From the NCBI GenBank assembly GCA_013239625.1, contig MU054187.1, forward strand, positions 24,616,433 through 24,680,432: a DNA stretch of 64,000 bases, given 5' to 3'. Origin of the DNA: Lama guanicoe. Its lineage: Eukaryota. Below the pieces are notes generated by a model. The model made no database searches, had not been told where the DNA came from, and saw only the letters and a list, made by a program, of their open reading frames with translations. Below, one piece after another: positions 1-13,826 of the stretch (within the stretch, counting starts at the first letter, position 1; every line of letters begins with the position of its first letter). The translations under genes were made by a program, and so were the position numbers.

Positions 1-388
1 TTGGAACCTGTGAGCGTGACCTTATCTGGAAAAAAAAAGATCTTTGCAGATGTCATTAAATTAAGGAAGTTGAGATGAGGCCTATCCTGGATTAATTTGG
101 TAAGCCCTAAATCCAATGACAAGGTGTCCTTATAAAAGACAGAAGAGAAGACACGGATAGAAGAGGAGCAGACCATGTGAAGACAGAAGCCAAGGATGCC
201 AGAAGCCACCAAAAGCTGGGAGAGCAAACAAGGATTCTCCCTGATAGCGTTTGGGGGGATGTAGGCTTCTGAACAACATAATTTTGGACCTCTGGCCTCC
301 AGAACTACGAAAGAATAACTTTCTCTTTTGGTCCTAAACCAGCAAATTTATGGTAATGTGTCAGTGTCAGCCCTAGGGCACTAATACA
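1..388 (+). mobile_element. MaLR solo LTR (MLT1A/B/C-like), cut by window start
   Basis: MLT1 hallmarks 'gtgaccttatctgga...gatctttgcagatgtc', 'aaatccaatgac...gtccttataaaag', and 3' end 'gccctagggcactaataca'. Confidence 0.8.
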
Positions 389-407
389 CTTCATTTTGAA
401 AAACAAA

Positions 408-670
408 CTTTATTTTTTTATAATAGTTTATGATTTCTAGAAAAATTCAGAAACTGGTATATAGATTCCCTTATCCTCAGTCCTCAGTATTCCCTACTGT
501 TAACATCTGACATCCGTATGGTACATTTGGTGCAACTCATGAACCAATGTGATACATTATTATTAACTAATATCCATTCTTGATCCAGATTTCCTTAGTT
601 TTTACCTAATGTCCTTTTGCTGCTTCCTGATCTCATCCAGAATACCATGTTACACTTAGTTCTGTCTCCA
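408..670 (-). mobile_element. Old L1 (L1MB/L1MC-like) 3' UTR fragment
   Basis: 'ggtacatttggtgcaactcatgaaccaatgtgatacattattattaactaa' is typical of antisense L1M 3' ends; T-rich start. Confidence 0.65.
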
Positions 671-689
671 CACTTTTTGGCTCAGTAAT

Positions 690-1675
690 GCAACATCCAA
701 CAATACTCTAAGGTAGTAATCATAGGCAGAAGTCTCCACAGTGATGTTCACCAACCCACAGTAGAATCTAAAATTGAGAAAAAGTTTAAATATTTATCCA
801 TTTGTTTTAGAATTACAGTAATATGCCTGTTACATCTCTATGAAAAATAACTATATTTTCCAAAATGGAAAAAAAATTGGTGAGAAGAGTGGTATTGTTT
901 TACATTTTTGCAAATTTTTTTTATTCTTTCAGTTGAGATAAAACAGCATTTATTCCAGAAGATTTCCAGTTTATAAATAGGTTTGGTTAAAAAAATATTC
1001 TTTTTGTTTTTTATTCTATTTTATTGAGTTATAGTCAGTTTGCAATATTGTGTCAAATTCCAATGTAGAGCACCATTTTTCAGTTATACACGAACATACA
1101 TATATTCATTGTCACATTCTTTTTCACCATGAGCTACCACAAGACCTTATATATATTTCCCTGTGCTGTACAGTATAATCTTGTTTATCTATTCTACATA
1201 AGCCTGTCAGTATCTACAAATTTCAAACTCACGGTCTGTCCCTTCCCCCCTCCCCCCGAGCAACCACAACTTTGTATTGTATGTCTATGAGTCTGTCTCT
1301 GTTTTGTATTTATGTTCATTTGTCTTTTTCTTTTCTTTCTTTCTTTTTCTTCTTTTTTTTTAGATTCCACATATGAGCAAGCTCATGGTATTTTTCTTTC
1401 TCTTTCTGGCTTACTTCACTTAGAATGACATTTTTGCAAATGTTTAAATGCTTAAAGAAAGTAAATAGAAGAGAGGTGGGTTCTTGTATATGCATTCAAT
1501 CAGTTGCAAGGTTACGTGCTATGTAGCCCCTGGAAAATTCCATTGTTCACCTGTGAGGGAATAAGTGTGAGAAATGCAAGAATATCTTAGAATTACAGTG
1601 AAAATATGTCTGACCTCATGCGCTCCCCTGAAAAGGTCACAGGAAGTCTCAGTGGCACACTTTGAGAAATGCTGG
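690..1675. mobile_element. hAT-type DNA transposon fossil split by an L1 insertion
   Basis: 'gtgagaagagtggtattgttttacatttttgcaaat' resumes after 1441; terminus 'cacactttgagaaatgctg' resembles hAT/Charlie ends. Confidence 0.55.
916..1427 (-). mobile_element. 5'-truncated young L1 (camelid-type 3' UTR) with 3' transduction
   Basis: Perfect 14-bp TSD acatttttgcaaat at 902-915 and 1428-1441; 3' UTR matches copies at 58682-59013 and 60710-61267. Confidence 0.9.
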
Positions 1676-2629
1676 CCCAAAACAATAAAAAGTGTGAAAC
1701 AACATAAAAATATTAAATAATGGAGGATATCATTAAATGACCCTCCATGCTTTTAGGTGAGAACTCAGACAATTCTGAATCAAACCCTTTTTTTTTTTGT
1801 CTTCTTACTCTCTCATTATGATATCAGAAGCACTCTTCCTCCTCCCAAGAACAATTTTTTGTTTCTGTGTTTCTCCTCCTGCCTTTTGGAGTGGCTTTCC
1901 TTCACACCCCACTCCCACTGCTCACATCTACAGGTTCCTTCCCACATGACTTAAACCGGCTCAAGACTTTCTCATATATTTAAAGTTTTTTCCCTTTCCA
2001 TCTACCTCTTTCTTTCCCCTTTCTCTTTCCATTACAGCCAAATTTCTTTTTTTTCCCTCCTGTTTTCTAAAGTAACCAGGTAAAAATAAAGAATTACAGT
2101 CATATGCAGTATACAAAGTGAGAGTATGCAGTGATCCCCCACAGGGAGCCCCACCCACCCCACCCACCCCACCCAAAAAACCACAGTTCACAGTCTAGGA
2201 TTCGGTTTCCAGATTTTGTTTTTTCCCATAAACTACTTACACATAACTGTTTTGGAACTTGCTTTGTAAACATTTTTATGTCAGTACTTATCAATTTACA
2301 TCATTATGTTAAACCACTGTATGATATTCCATTATGCAATGTACCAATATCTATTCTATTCCCTATTGATGGACTCTTAATTTTTTCCAACTTTCTACTA
2401 TTGGAAACAATGTGAAAAGATATATTTACTTCAGCACAATTTTTAAGTATTATGTCCAGAAACTGAACTACTTGGATCAAAAAGTATGAACATTGTAAGT
2501 GTTAGTAAATATTGCCAAATTCCCTCCTGAGCATGTGTACCAATTTACACTCCCACCAATAGTTTAAGTTAGTATGGCCAGACTTCTTAAAAGTATAAGC
2601 AATTCTTGTTTGTTTTTATCTCCATAGTC

Positions 2630-3820
2630 ATTGTCTAGTCACTTTTTTAGCCTATTTAATCTGGCTTCTGTCTTAACCACTCTTCTGAAATGTCTCTTGC
2701 CAAAAATGACTAGCACATCTGAGTTTCTGATTCCAGGGGGAGTTTTTCAGTCCTTCTGTTTGATGTGGCTCACCCTTCCCTCCTTTTAGAGGGGTCCTCT
2801 TCCCTTTTGTGACATCACACATCCCTTATTTTTCTCCTACATTTGGTCCTCTCCTTGTCAAGTTCTTACTCAGTTCAGTCTGGGCCTTGTTATCTTCTTA
2901 TGCTGTACCCCTCCTCTGTCCTACCTCATCCCCCATCCATGGTCTTCATTGTCATCTAGACATCAGTGACTCCCAAAGCCAGCCCTTTCTCCTAAACTTC
3001 AGACTTGCTTCATAGTAGGCCTGCCCACTTGAATGCTCTCCAGAAAAGTTCACATTCCAAAACTGGCCTTTGCTTTCCTCACAGCACCACGTACCCAAAA
3101 CCTACTTTGCTTTCTTTCTTGGCTTTCGTATCTCAGTGAATCACACCACCATCTATTCAGATAAGCTTTACGTTTCTGTCCCTAGCTTTCTCCTTACTCT
3201 ATTCTTGAACCCCCCCCCCCACCATTTATGTCCTGTTAATCATGTCTTGTCAATTCTATTTCCAAAGGTATATTTTTAATCTGATAATTTTTTCCATCTT
3301 CATTGCATTATCATATATCAGATAGACTGCATCTCTCCATATATTTATCTAGTGTTTTAAAAGTCAACAGATCCAAGTCACTCTTTGACTTAAAACACAC
3401 ACTGGCTTCTCATTATGCTTAGAAAAAAATCTACAAGGTCAGAGTCTGTTGATTGCTCTGCTACCATGTCACACCAGCCTTCTTGCAGGCTTTACTGGCA
3501 TCCATTCTCTTTCTTTCACAAATAATGTCTTTCTTGACAGGAATCTTCTGGCATCTTCTTACCCTTCCAATCTTAGATCATATCTCATCTCCTTGGAAAA
3601 GCCTTCCCTTAGCACCATACTCACAACTGGGTTCCCAGTTAGTCTCTCTTGCATCACTCCATGTATTCCTTTTGTACCATTTCTCAAACTGTAAACATTT
3701 GCTTTAATTATTTATCATCCTCTTTTTGCCTTATCCCTACTAAAATAGATTTTATAAATCCATCTGACAACCTACTAGTTTGGGAAAAAATGTTTGTTGA
3801 GTATTGAATAAATGAATGAT
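2630..3820 (+). mobile_element. L2 LINE fragments
   Basis: Pyrimidine-rich L2 body motifs ('ctggcttctgtcttaaccactcttctgaaa') and L2 tail 'aaatgtttgttgag...aataaatgaatga'. Confidence 0.6.
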
Positions 3821-4229
3821 TGCTCCTTCCCCAGTACATTTCCCAAACTGGAACCAGAGTTACCTTTCTAGAGCACAACCTGGGTCTGTCCCTCCCCCTT
3901 CTGAAACACTTTGATTGTTTTTCTATTACCCCAGGACACAAGCTCTTCAAATTCTGGCCTCTATTTTTCTTTCCCTCCTCTCATCTCCCCAAATTCTTCT
4001 TGTTCAACTTGATCAACCCAAGCTACCAAGAGTTCCCATAAACCCCAGCTGACCTCTGGGCCTCAGCTTTCTCTGATTTATTTTACTTTAAAAAGACCAT
4101 TCTTCTCTTCCCCTTTACTAGCTAATCGAGCCTTCTCTGGAAGGTCTCATCTTTGGCATCTCCCACTGCAACCAGCCTTCCCTGGCCCCCAGGCTTAAGT
4201 CTCCTCCCATGGGCCCCCTACTGCTGGAT

Positions 4230-4592
4230 GACAGCTGCTGCAGATACCCCAATCCCAATCCCTGGAACCTGGAAATGTTCCCTCAAATGGCAAAAGGAAC
4301 TTTGCAAATGCGATTAAACTGAGTATCCTGAGACAGGGAGACTACCTTGAATTTTGCAGAGGGCCTTAAAGGTAATCACAAGCATTCTTAAACAGGAAGT
4401 AACACAGAGATTTTACTGCAGAAGAAAAGAAAGTATGTGACCAAGGAAGCAGAGAGACATTTGAAGAAGTTCTGCTGCTAGCTTTTAAATGGAGGAAGGA
4501 GCCACAAGCCAAGAAACACAAAGAATGCAGTCCTAGAAGCTGAAAGGCAAAGAAACTGATTGTCCCCTCAGAACCTCCCAAAGGAACCTGGC
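4230..4592 (+). mobile_element. MaLR LTR (MLT1D-like), partial
   Basis: 'aatccctggaacctgg...atggcaaaaggaactttgcaaatgcgattaa', 'gccacaagccaag', 'ctagaagctg'. Confidence 0.7.
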
Positions 4593-4762
4593 CTTTAAAT
4601 ACATTTTGCTGAAATCCTTTAGGCAGTTCAAGATTTTTTGAGGCATGAGTCACCCCGTCCTCTTTGCTTAGCCCTGCAATAAACTTTTCTCTGCTCCAAA
4701 CTCCAACATTTTGTTTTGTTCGGCCTCACAGTACATCGGGTACATAAACTTGCCTTTGGCAA
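4593..4762 (+). mobile_element. ERV1-type LTR 3' fragment (R/U5)
   Basis: AATAAA in 'ccctgcaataaacttttctctgctccaaactcc'; ends 'ttggcaata'. Confidence 0.6.
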
Positions 4763-4816
4763 TAAATTTACTGTGCTGAAAAACCAACCCAAATAACCAA
4801 GACTTTGGTGTGAAGT

Positions 4817-5375
4817 TGTTACCCTGAAAACAGAAGTGAAAAGACCCCAGTTCTTGTCATACCCCAAAAATAAGAATTCAGACGTGAGATGAAGCGTTCA
4901 GTAGCAATAGATTATAAAGGATTAATTAGCAAAGGGAACGTTCACTCCCAAGAAAGGGAGGCAGGCTGATTCCAAGGGCAGAGAGCAGAGGTCGGCATTC
5001 CCCCTCCTCTTACAGCCTTGCTTAGAGGTGGCCTCTTGATTGATTGACAGCTCTTGTCCCTGGAGTGTTTAGTCATGCTCATCCCATTCTGCGCATGTCC
5101 TTACACATGATGCACACAGGAAAACCCACAGAGGGGCTAAACTGCGATGCTAACTATATACACATCATGTCAGGTTAGGTCCTTGTCCGTACCATGCAGC
5201 TGCACTACCGCCCAGTTGCGTCTGTCGGGCTCTAACTGGGTTTTTTGCTGGCATTCATTTAGAGGAAGGAAGGCCCCTTTATGCTGAGGGAGAGCATATA
5301 CCACCATCTTCTAGACCACCCTCCCTTTCCTCCACCTTCTCTGCCTGGGGATCCCCATTACCTAAATACTTAACA
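4817..5375 (-). mobile_element. ERV1-type solo LTR
   Basis: TG...CA termini with perfect 4-bp TSD aagt (4813-4816, 5376-5379). Confidence 0.85.
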
Positions 5376-5827
5376 AAGTGAGAGTGCTCATATTAAGAGA
5401 GATTTATTTAGTGCCTATTATTTATTACTAGAGCTTTTAAGTTTCAGTGGTAATAAGGAGAGGCATCATACTCATCTTTAGCGTGCTTACATTATAGTGG
5501 GGCAAAAAGACAACCAAATAAATATATTAAATAATTACAGATTGTTATGAGCTTTGATGGTCAAGAGGAAATAGTAATAGTGAGTTAGCAGTGGAAACTT
5601 ATCTTAGAGTAACTGATAAAAAGGCATGATTGAAATCGAATCCTAAATGAGAAGCAGGGACCAGCCTTGCTAGGATATGATCATTCAGCCTGAGACAGTA
5701 AGAAATGCAAAATCTCTGAGATGGCAAAATCATGGCCTTTTCTAAGTAAGCAGTGGGAAGGGGGTCAGTGTGACTGAAACTATAAAAGATGGGGTGGGGA
5801 AGCCAAGATCATATAGGGTTTTACAAG

Positions 5828-6655
5828 TGTCAGGAAGGTGGAAATTTCTCCCTCTACCCCTCTTGAATTCTTGTGGCCAGACTGATAGTAAAAATTGACA
5901 CAAGAAAGAATAACAAGAGATAAAGAAACAAATTTTAATTGCGTGCACACAGATCTTACAGAAATGGGGCCCGAGAAGTGACGAAAACAGGGAGCTTTTA
6001 CACGTTTTAGACAAAGGAAAAATTACTTTATGAGAACAAAGACACTTTGGCTTTATGTGCTGACTTAGTAAGGGGTTGAAGCGGAGTCTGGGCTTGGTAG
6101 AGAGTAACCTTCCTTTTGTTGGAGGTTTACAGGGACACCGTGACCTGGCCCACAGGATCGGCTGCGAGAACAAAGAATGCCGGCAGCAAGAAGATTGCAA
6201 CAACCAACCACGCCCTCTCCTTTGTTTTTGTTTTTTTTGTATAAAAGGAGCCTGTATTCTGACTAGAGCAGGATGGTTCTCCAAGACATTAGTCCACCGT
6301 CCTCTCGGTCTGCCAGCTTTCTGACTAAAGTCACTATTCCTTGTCCCAACACCTCATCTCCTGATTTATTGGCCTGTCGTGCAGCGAGCAGAACGAGTTT
6401 GGACTTGGCAACAGGTAGCAAATTAGTAAAGAAATAACAAGGTTTGTTTATACAGGCTTTTCTGCCCCGAATTCCTACCTCTGGTGATAAAGGGTTTCCA
6501 CCTCCAGATGCAGGGAGTGTGCCTTTCATTTGGGAGGTTTATTTCCTGTTTCAAGGAGACAGAAAGGAAAGGAAAGTGTCCCTCTTGCATTAGTCATTTT
6601 CTAAGTAACATTAATTGTACATAATTTGGGGTGGCCTACCCTGGGCCCCAATACA
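5828..6655 (-). mobile_element. ERV1-type LTR (related to 50508-51014) containing a nested LTR fragment
   Basis: Starts TG; similar to the 50.5-kb copy; imperfect TSD caag/cagg. Confidence 0.65.
6098..6413 (+). mobile_element. Nested 5'-truncated ERV1 LTR, family A (as 40279, 42225, 46580)
   Basis: Shares 'ggaggtttacagg', 'tataaaaggag' and 3' end 'gagtttggacttggcaaca' with the other family A copies. Confidence 0.85.
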
Positions 6656-9600
6656 GGCCATGGAAAGGCGTGTGTGTGTGTGTTTGTGTGTGTATAATCC
6701 CAAATGTAAAGGGAATTCTTCTGAGGGTTTTTAGAAGAGTAGTCATGCAATTATTTGAATTTTTTTTTAAATCGCACAGGCTACTCCATGCAAATATAGA
6801 TTTTTTAGAAGATCAAGAGTGAAGGAAGGGAGGTGGAGCTAGGAGGCTATTACAATACAGTAGTCTAGGTGGGAGGCTGTGTGACCTGGATGAGGGTCTT
6901 GGTGGCAGAGACAGGGAGAAGTGGCAGAGTCAAGATATATTTTGGAGATAGAACAAAAAAACCTGTCCCCATAGTGACTATGGAATTATGGGAATGGGGG
7001 GAAGGAGGGGTCAAGGTGAGCCTCAAGTTTTTAGCTTTTAAATGTAGTCAAATAGTATTGTCATTTTTTGATATACAAAAAACTGAGAACAACCAGGTTT
7101 GGCATGAAAAATACCAAGAGTTTGAGACTGCAACAAGACGTCCAAAATATCAAGCGCAAGTCTGTGATCAGAGAAATGTGAGCTGGATAAATAAATTTGG
7201 GAGTCATCAAAATAGACAGGGCATATAGACATTATTTAAAATTATAAAAATTGATGAGATCACCAAGAACAAGAAAAGAGAAGACTAGATAAAGAAAATG
7301 TTACTGAAAGACAGTAAGCACATAATGACTAACCAAAGGATAATAAATGGACAAACCTGAGGATTACTCCCCTTTCTGCAATATATACTTTTGTATCTAT
7401 AAGTTATTTTAAAAAGTTTAAGTTAGCCAGGATTCTGGAACTATATCAGGAAATTTAAAATGAAGAATGATATTATTTGTAACAGCTTACTCTTCATAAG
7501 AAAAAAAACTATGTAAGTAAGGACTGGACATTCATTTCCAGTGGTGGGGGGAGATGAAATTTGAAAAGCTCCATCTTTTTCAGTTCTCTTTTTCAGTCAT
7601 ATGCTCTACCCCTGATTTGTACCCTGCCATTTAGTTCTCTTTTAAATACTTTGCGTGGTCATGGGTGATGGGCAAAGAATGAACACATCCTTTACTAAGA
7701 TAATGTAAGGATTCTACCAAAGGAATATCAAGTAGATGTAGTAGTTTCTTCATGGTGAGAAATGATCAATGCCTTTCAGATAAACTCTTTAAAAATTGGT
7801 ATCCCTTTAACAGCAGAGAGAAAGAAATCTCCTCCATTGAAGTTGTTTAAAGAACCTCCCTCTTTGCTAATATCTCTTTTATCTTGTGCACATGTAACAA
7901 TCATTAGGGAATAGAATTTGTCCATTTCAGAGTAAAGTCCCCTTGAGCAATGCTAGCCGTATTTACCAGCCTCAAAAGGAGCTTCGGCTTTTAGAAGTCA
8001 ATACAGACGGACTAAGACAGAGCTGAAGCTACAGAAAGGAAAAAGGGAGGTTGGTACATCGTCTAATCAGGCAAGGGAAGAAGATTTCAATTCCTAAGGA
8101 AATAACTTGACAACTACTTTCACACTGGTTAAGATGTTTCCCTAACCAAAACTGTTTCCCGCAGGGAAAATTCGTATCTTCTTTCCTTATTTCCCATCCC
8201 AAACCACAACGACTCTTTCTCACCCTTTCTCCTTAAATATAAATACAAGATTCCATATGCCCTGTTTTACTGGAACAATGCCAAGCAATTAGATACAACA
8301 CTCTGGGCTTTCCAGCAACATCACAGGTAGAAACTATGGTTTGCTCAAGTCAAGCCTGAGAAGAGAGCTCCATTTCAGCTAATTAGAGAACTTCCTGTTG
8401 ACACAGGACTGCTAACTGACTCTGCTAATGGCATTCTCAAACTAGAAGAGGCAGAGGGGTCAGGCCTGGAATTTCCCGCGGAGGAAATTTGACTGTGTCT
8501 ATCAGTTACTAGTCACAGCCACATAACTCTTCGATTGTTTGAACAGAGAGAAAAGCACAAGGCTTTATATCTTTCTTTTCTAGAATTTCTAATAGCTTTT
8601 CTTAAAACTAAGTGGCATATCTAATGTATTTGCTCTGTGAAGTCTTCATTTGTCTTTCAAATACATGAATCTTTACTGATTTATGTGGTTAGAGTGAGAA
8701 TATGCTTTAAATGACCAGATGTTCTGATTGTTGGAAAAGAGCATAAAAAGATTGAATAAAATATGGATTTACTTTCCTGCACTTTACCAATCAGAACATT
8801 GTATATGTGTATAATATTCAGTATGTATATTACATCTTCTTTATTCTTTCATTGACAGACATTGAGATGGTTTCCTTGTATTGGCTATTAAGAATAAATA
8901 TTTTTCTTTTATTAAAATAGAAAAAGAACTATGCTGTTTTCTGTACCACTTCTATATTTTTCTATATTGCTTTGAAAGCATTTTTACCGCTATGATATGT
9001 TTCCCATTAACTTTTAGTTCAATTAGTTTTCAGAGTCATGTGGCATGTCTGATCTAGATGAACACATTTTTTACCAGTCATTTTCTTTTCTTATTCTCCT
9101 TGCTCCCCAGTTCTTCACCCCAGACATTTGGTAATAATGTCCTTGGCCATGTTCAGGGCTAATTCCTATTATAGTGGCCATGCCTTGTTTCAGTGAACTG
9201 AACTCATCAATCATTATGGCATCTGGTTAGGAATCGAATTGTTGTGGGCTGTTTTCAAAGCTATGGGAACTTGACAGTTTCCTATATTCAGAGGTGCTAA
9301 TGCACAGCCGCCAAGTGTTTTTGATTATCTCTTGGTCTTGCTTTTAACCATAAACCTAGTTCAAGGGTTTCAAATGTAAAACAGGGACTCTGTTTGGTCA
9401 TGTTTGTCTTCCACTAGTTATGCGTCAATATGATCTTTTTAAAATTGACTCTAAAAAGAGTCAGTCTTTTCCAAGATGTGGGAAAGCAAGGTTTACATGC
9501 AGGTAGCTCAGCAAAGTCACATACTGCACATAGTTGTTGGTCAGGATAATTGCAAAGCGAAGTACAAATGTGGAAAAGTGCTCTGGGGATGAATCCACGG

Positions 9601-12529
9601 GGGAAAGAGCCAACTGATGAGCACAGGAAAACAGGCTGTGAAAAGTCAATACTAACACACATCGCCTTTCCCAAAGTACTTGAAGTTCTGTCCTGTCTGT
9701 CTGCTTCAGATCCCCTGATTGGCCGTCTTAGCTGGCTTAACAGCTGGCTAGAATCATGGTGGGAAATCAGACAGCTGTTTAGCAAACTAACTGCAAAGGG
9801 AGAAGAAGAGATTAGGGTGTGGGTGTGCTTGCAAGAAGATTTTGGGTAAATGTTTCTAATTTGGGATGGTGAGTCATAGTGATGGAGCAGTTCTCATGAT
9901 CATTTGAGTGGAATCTATTTTTACTGAAATGGTAATAACAAATTAGCCTTGCTCATTTTATCACATTTCCTATAGGCAACCCTGTAACGGTATTGCTGCT
10001 AATGGCATCATTAGCCTTTCCTTTGAGTTGAATAAACCAGCTCAAAGTGACCTGCCAGATTTACCCAAGATCGTAGTAAGTAGCAGAGCTCAGGACTCAA
10101 TCTTGTCTTGTGACTCCAGCCTCCATGGCTTTTCTACCTCATCACGCTTCCTCTTGCCAGTGGTGACTGGAGATCTACTTCTGTTCAGTTTAAGATAATT
10201 GGGCTGCAGTTCATCATTTTCTCTGGTTATCTGGTCTACCGGTTGTGCTAAATCTCAGCTGGCCACTCTTGCTCCTGTCGACCAGTATCCCACTCTTCTT
10301 ACTGCTAATAAGTGACTGAGCAAAATTGCAAGTCTGGAGGAATTGTTGTCCTACTATCTTGTTCCTATGTGGGCTTTGTTTTTTGCTGGAGTAATCAGAA
10401 AAAAAAAAAAAGTACCTCATTACATGTTCCTTGTAAGTTTCTCTCTCTTTCCTGCCATGCAGATTTACACTGGAAATACCACTTTTTGTGTTTGTAGAGC
10501 ATCTGGCTGATGACAGCTAAAGCCTCTCCTTCTTCACACCCGTTTTTCAGGCTCTTTGTGTGGTCGCACAATAAAGACACCCCTGGTGCAGTTTAAGCAT
10601 GATCACATGGAGTGATTCACACGGGCCCCTGCTCATCTCCTCAGTGTAATGAAATCATAAGTGTATCTTACAGGAACTGGCACTGGCAAGAACTCCTCTC
10701 TTGTCCCGCTCATTTATACATTCATTTGTTTGAGAACATTCACACGCCTCCACCCAGTGTTAATGGAAGGAATGCAGAGGCTTATGCCTTGCTTAGTGCC
10801 AGAGGAGACCGGGCACCTATCCTTCCTTAAAGCATAAGCACCTTAACCTGGGAAGGACCTACGACTCAGGACTAGAGACTGACCAGAGACAGAAGAAGTG
10901 AATCCTGAACCAACACAGGCTTTCTCAGGTCCTCTGCACTCCCCCTTGATGGAACATTCAGGAAGCAAGGTCACCTCTGCTATTCTTGAGTATTTTTTAA
11001 GGTTTCAAGAGTGTTTGACTTGTAAGCTTATAGCACAGCCATGCCAGCATTGGTCTCTCTCCAATAACTGTGACTGAAAGTCCCATCTTCCCCTGCCAGC
11101 GCACTGGTTTAGTTGTTATCCTTGCCAGTTACACTTGCTTTGTGGTTGTGGTTGTTGCTGGTTTAGGAATGTGAGAGTGAGGGAAAGGGAAGTAAGTGGG
11201 TGCCGGGATGCTGATCTCCCGCCCAGAGGGCCATTCAGCTGCTTCTCCTTTAACCAGAAAGGGGGACAGTGCAGGCATACATTTGGCTGAATTTTGAATT
11301 TCCTATTATGCCTGTCCATGTATTCAAAAATAAAAAAATTTTAAAAACACAGACTCATCTCTGTGTGAACATTTCTAATTTTCACTTCAGTCCCTTTGAA
11401 CTCTTCTTGAACTTCCAAGTCTTAGAGATGGACCTTCTATCACAGGCAGGAAAACTCATTTCTGTGCATTTACATTTGAACATCATCACCAAAATCACTG
11501 CCAGTTAGGAAAAATTAGATATATTGCTCTTAGTAACTACTAAAAAGAGGTTATTTGTTTTTTCTAGTGTATAAGACTAAACTTTCTAGACTATCCAGTT
11601 TTTCACATGTGAAGATTTATTTCTATGAATCATTGCAAAGGTAGAAGTATACTTTCTAATTAAAAAGTATTTGTTCCTTGGAAATACTATGAATGGAGAA
11701 AGTAAATCTCTCATGATTTAGTTTGTCTTTATGGAAAATATCAGTGGTCACTGCTCTAAGAATCTCAGATTCACAATAATTACCACTTATTGAGTGTTTG
11801 CTAAGGGCCAGGCATAGCAATAGGGACCAGGACCTCAGAGATAGGTAAGATGTAATTCTTTCTTCAAATAACTCATGTCTAATAATAAAAATAGGTTTAA
11901 TTTGGAAGTAGTTAGAAGCCAACTGTTTAGTAGAAAATAAGAATCATCTAGAGTGAAGCTATAATACTGTCAAAGGGGTACATAGTTGGCTTGAGCTGAT
12001 CCAGAAAGATTCTCTAGAGAGGTCGCCTTCTCTAGAGTCAGCTTCAAAGTTGGGTAAATAATGAAATACACTGACAGTTTAAGGCAGTTTAGATGGAACA
12101 GAATATGTGCAGATCATCTGACATAGTCTATAAACACTGAGAAAAAGAAACAGGCACTGCTAAGCATTGTATAGAGGGAGGGACATCCAACAAGTAACAA
12201 TTACAATAAGGCATGGTCATATTATAACAGAGTGAACACAAAATCCGAAAGCTGTACAGAACAGGGTACTTCACTCAGCCCCGTAGACTAGGAAGGCTTC
12301 CCAGAATGGTAACACTCCAGCTGAGTTTTAAGAATAGGAATTTTCCTTGTGGTAAGGGGAGTGGGTAAAAGACACAGTTAAGTAGGAGAAAATATATAGG
12401 AGCAGATACTGGACTTAGAATGAATAATCTGTTGTTCAGCATTTAATATATGTTACACACTGGATGTCATCATGAGATGGAGTGGAGACTGACTTTGGAC
12501 AAGACATACAGCACCCAGATGACCTTTTT

Positions 12530-12985
12530 AAAAAGTAAAACACATTATTTCACTCTCCTACTTAACAAGTAAGGTTACCTTTGCAAACAAAATAAAATCC
12601 AATTTCTTAGCATAACCCACAGTGCCCAACCTGATCAGGCCCCGACAATTTCTGCAGGCTAGTCTCTGCCCATCTGCTATACCCAAGCCCCTCTGGCCAC
12701 CTTTCTACTTTACAGGACAAATCTTTTGCCTCCTCATTAGCACCCTAAAATTACAGCCCTCTTTCCCCAACCTATAGCCCAAGTAATGTCTCTGTCTTCC
12801 TGTTTTACTATCTCACAGTATTTGTTACAACCTAACAATGTGTATCTATCTGCCTTGTACGATCTGTCTCCTTCAACAATAATATAAGCTCTTTGGAAAG
12901 AGAGATTTTATCTGTCTCTTAGACACTGCTCCATTCTCAGCATCTAGGAGAGACTTAACTCTGTTGGATAAATGGATGAGCAACC
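12530..12985 (+). mobile_element. L2 3' fragment
   Basis: 'ttcactctcctactt...aaaataaaatccaatttcttagc', 'aatataagctctttgga', tail 'tgttggataaatggatga'. Confidence 0.6.
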
Positions 12986-13730
12986 ATCATGAGAGTGAGC
13001 AAGCTGAGGAGTGCTCATGATCAGGAGAAATAAGATTAGTTTAAGGGCTTTCCAGGATAGAAAGCTGAGTTGATGAAGATACAAATTATAATTCATGAGG
13101 AGCTAAATTATTACAGGTCCTTAAGAAACTATCTTAACATAGTAAACATGACTGTATTCATGGCAAATGTATTCACTGTGAAATCCTAGAAAAATATACC
13201 AATTATTTTCAAATTTCATCTGTATGACATTATACGTACTTTTTTCTTAGTAGGGCATCGTAGCTATGATGTATCTTCTGATAGAAGATATTGTTCAACT
13301 CATTCACTATCATTTCTTCAGTTACTAGTTCTGTGTCAGTTTCTCCACTATAGGGTTAATATACTTAAGGAAAACACAGCCTGAAAGATGAAAGCCAGCC
13401 AGAATAAGTAAAATATACACTATTTGGAGGTGCCTCACTATGTTGCTCAAAGATTTTTCAACTGGTATGTATTTATGCATCTCTTGCATTTTTGTGAAAA
13501 TGTGTTAAATAAAAGAAATAGCCTATCAGAAACAAGGACAACTTTAAAAAATTATTCTTTACTAAACACTTACATATCTAGGAATTTATCCTAAGGATGA
13601 AATTTAATAAGAATGAAAAGATATATGTGACAATGTCAACTACACCTTTATTTGTAAGAGCAAACACAAGTAACAAAAGAAAATATTCATCAGCTTGATG
13701 GAGACTTGTATAGCTAATAAAAATGATATC

Positions 13731-13826
13731 CACATAAAAATTATACCCCAAAAATGATGCTGTGCACCGGAAATCAACACAACATTGTAAACTGACTATA
13801 CCTTAACCAAAACAAAAATAGATTTA
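13731..13826 (+). mobile_element. Very short L1 3' end insertion
   Basis: 'aacacaacattgtaaactgactata' plus A-rich tail; flanked by direct repeat aaaaatgatatc. Confidence 0.7.

Larger units (their letters stand above)
5400..7280 (-). mobile_element. L2 LINE fragments interrupted by the LTR at 5828-6655
   Basis: Purine-rich antisense L2 motifs ('ggaggctattacaatacag', 'atttgggagtcatcaaaatag', 'gatgagatcaccaag') on both sides of the LTR. Confidence 0.65.

Noticed and set aside
5742..6529. 180-aa and neighbouring ORFs as genes
   Set aside because: They lie in nested LTRs; related peptides recur in the other LTR copies (40172-40484, 42330-42539, 46660-46908)
12012..12037. Short hairpin ctctagagagg...ccttctctagag
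   Set aside because: Built from two copies of a self-complementary 8-mer; expected by chance and too short for a pre-miRNA
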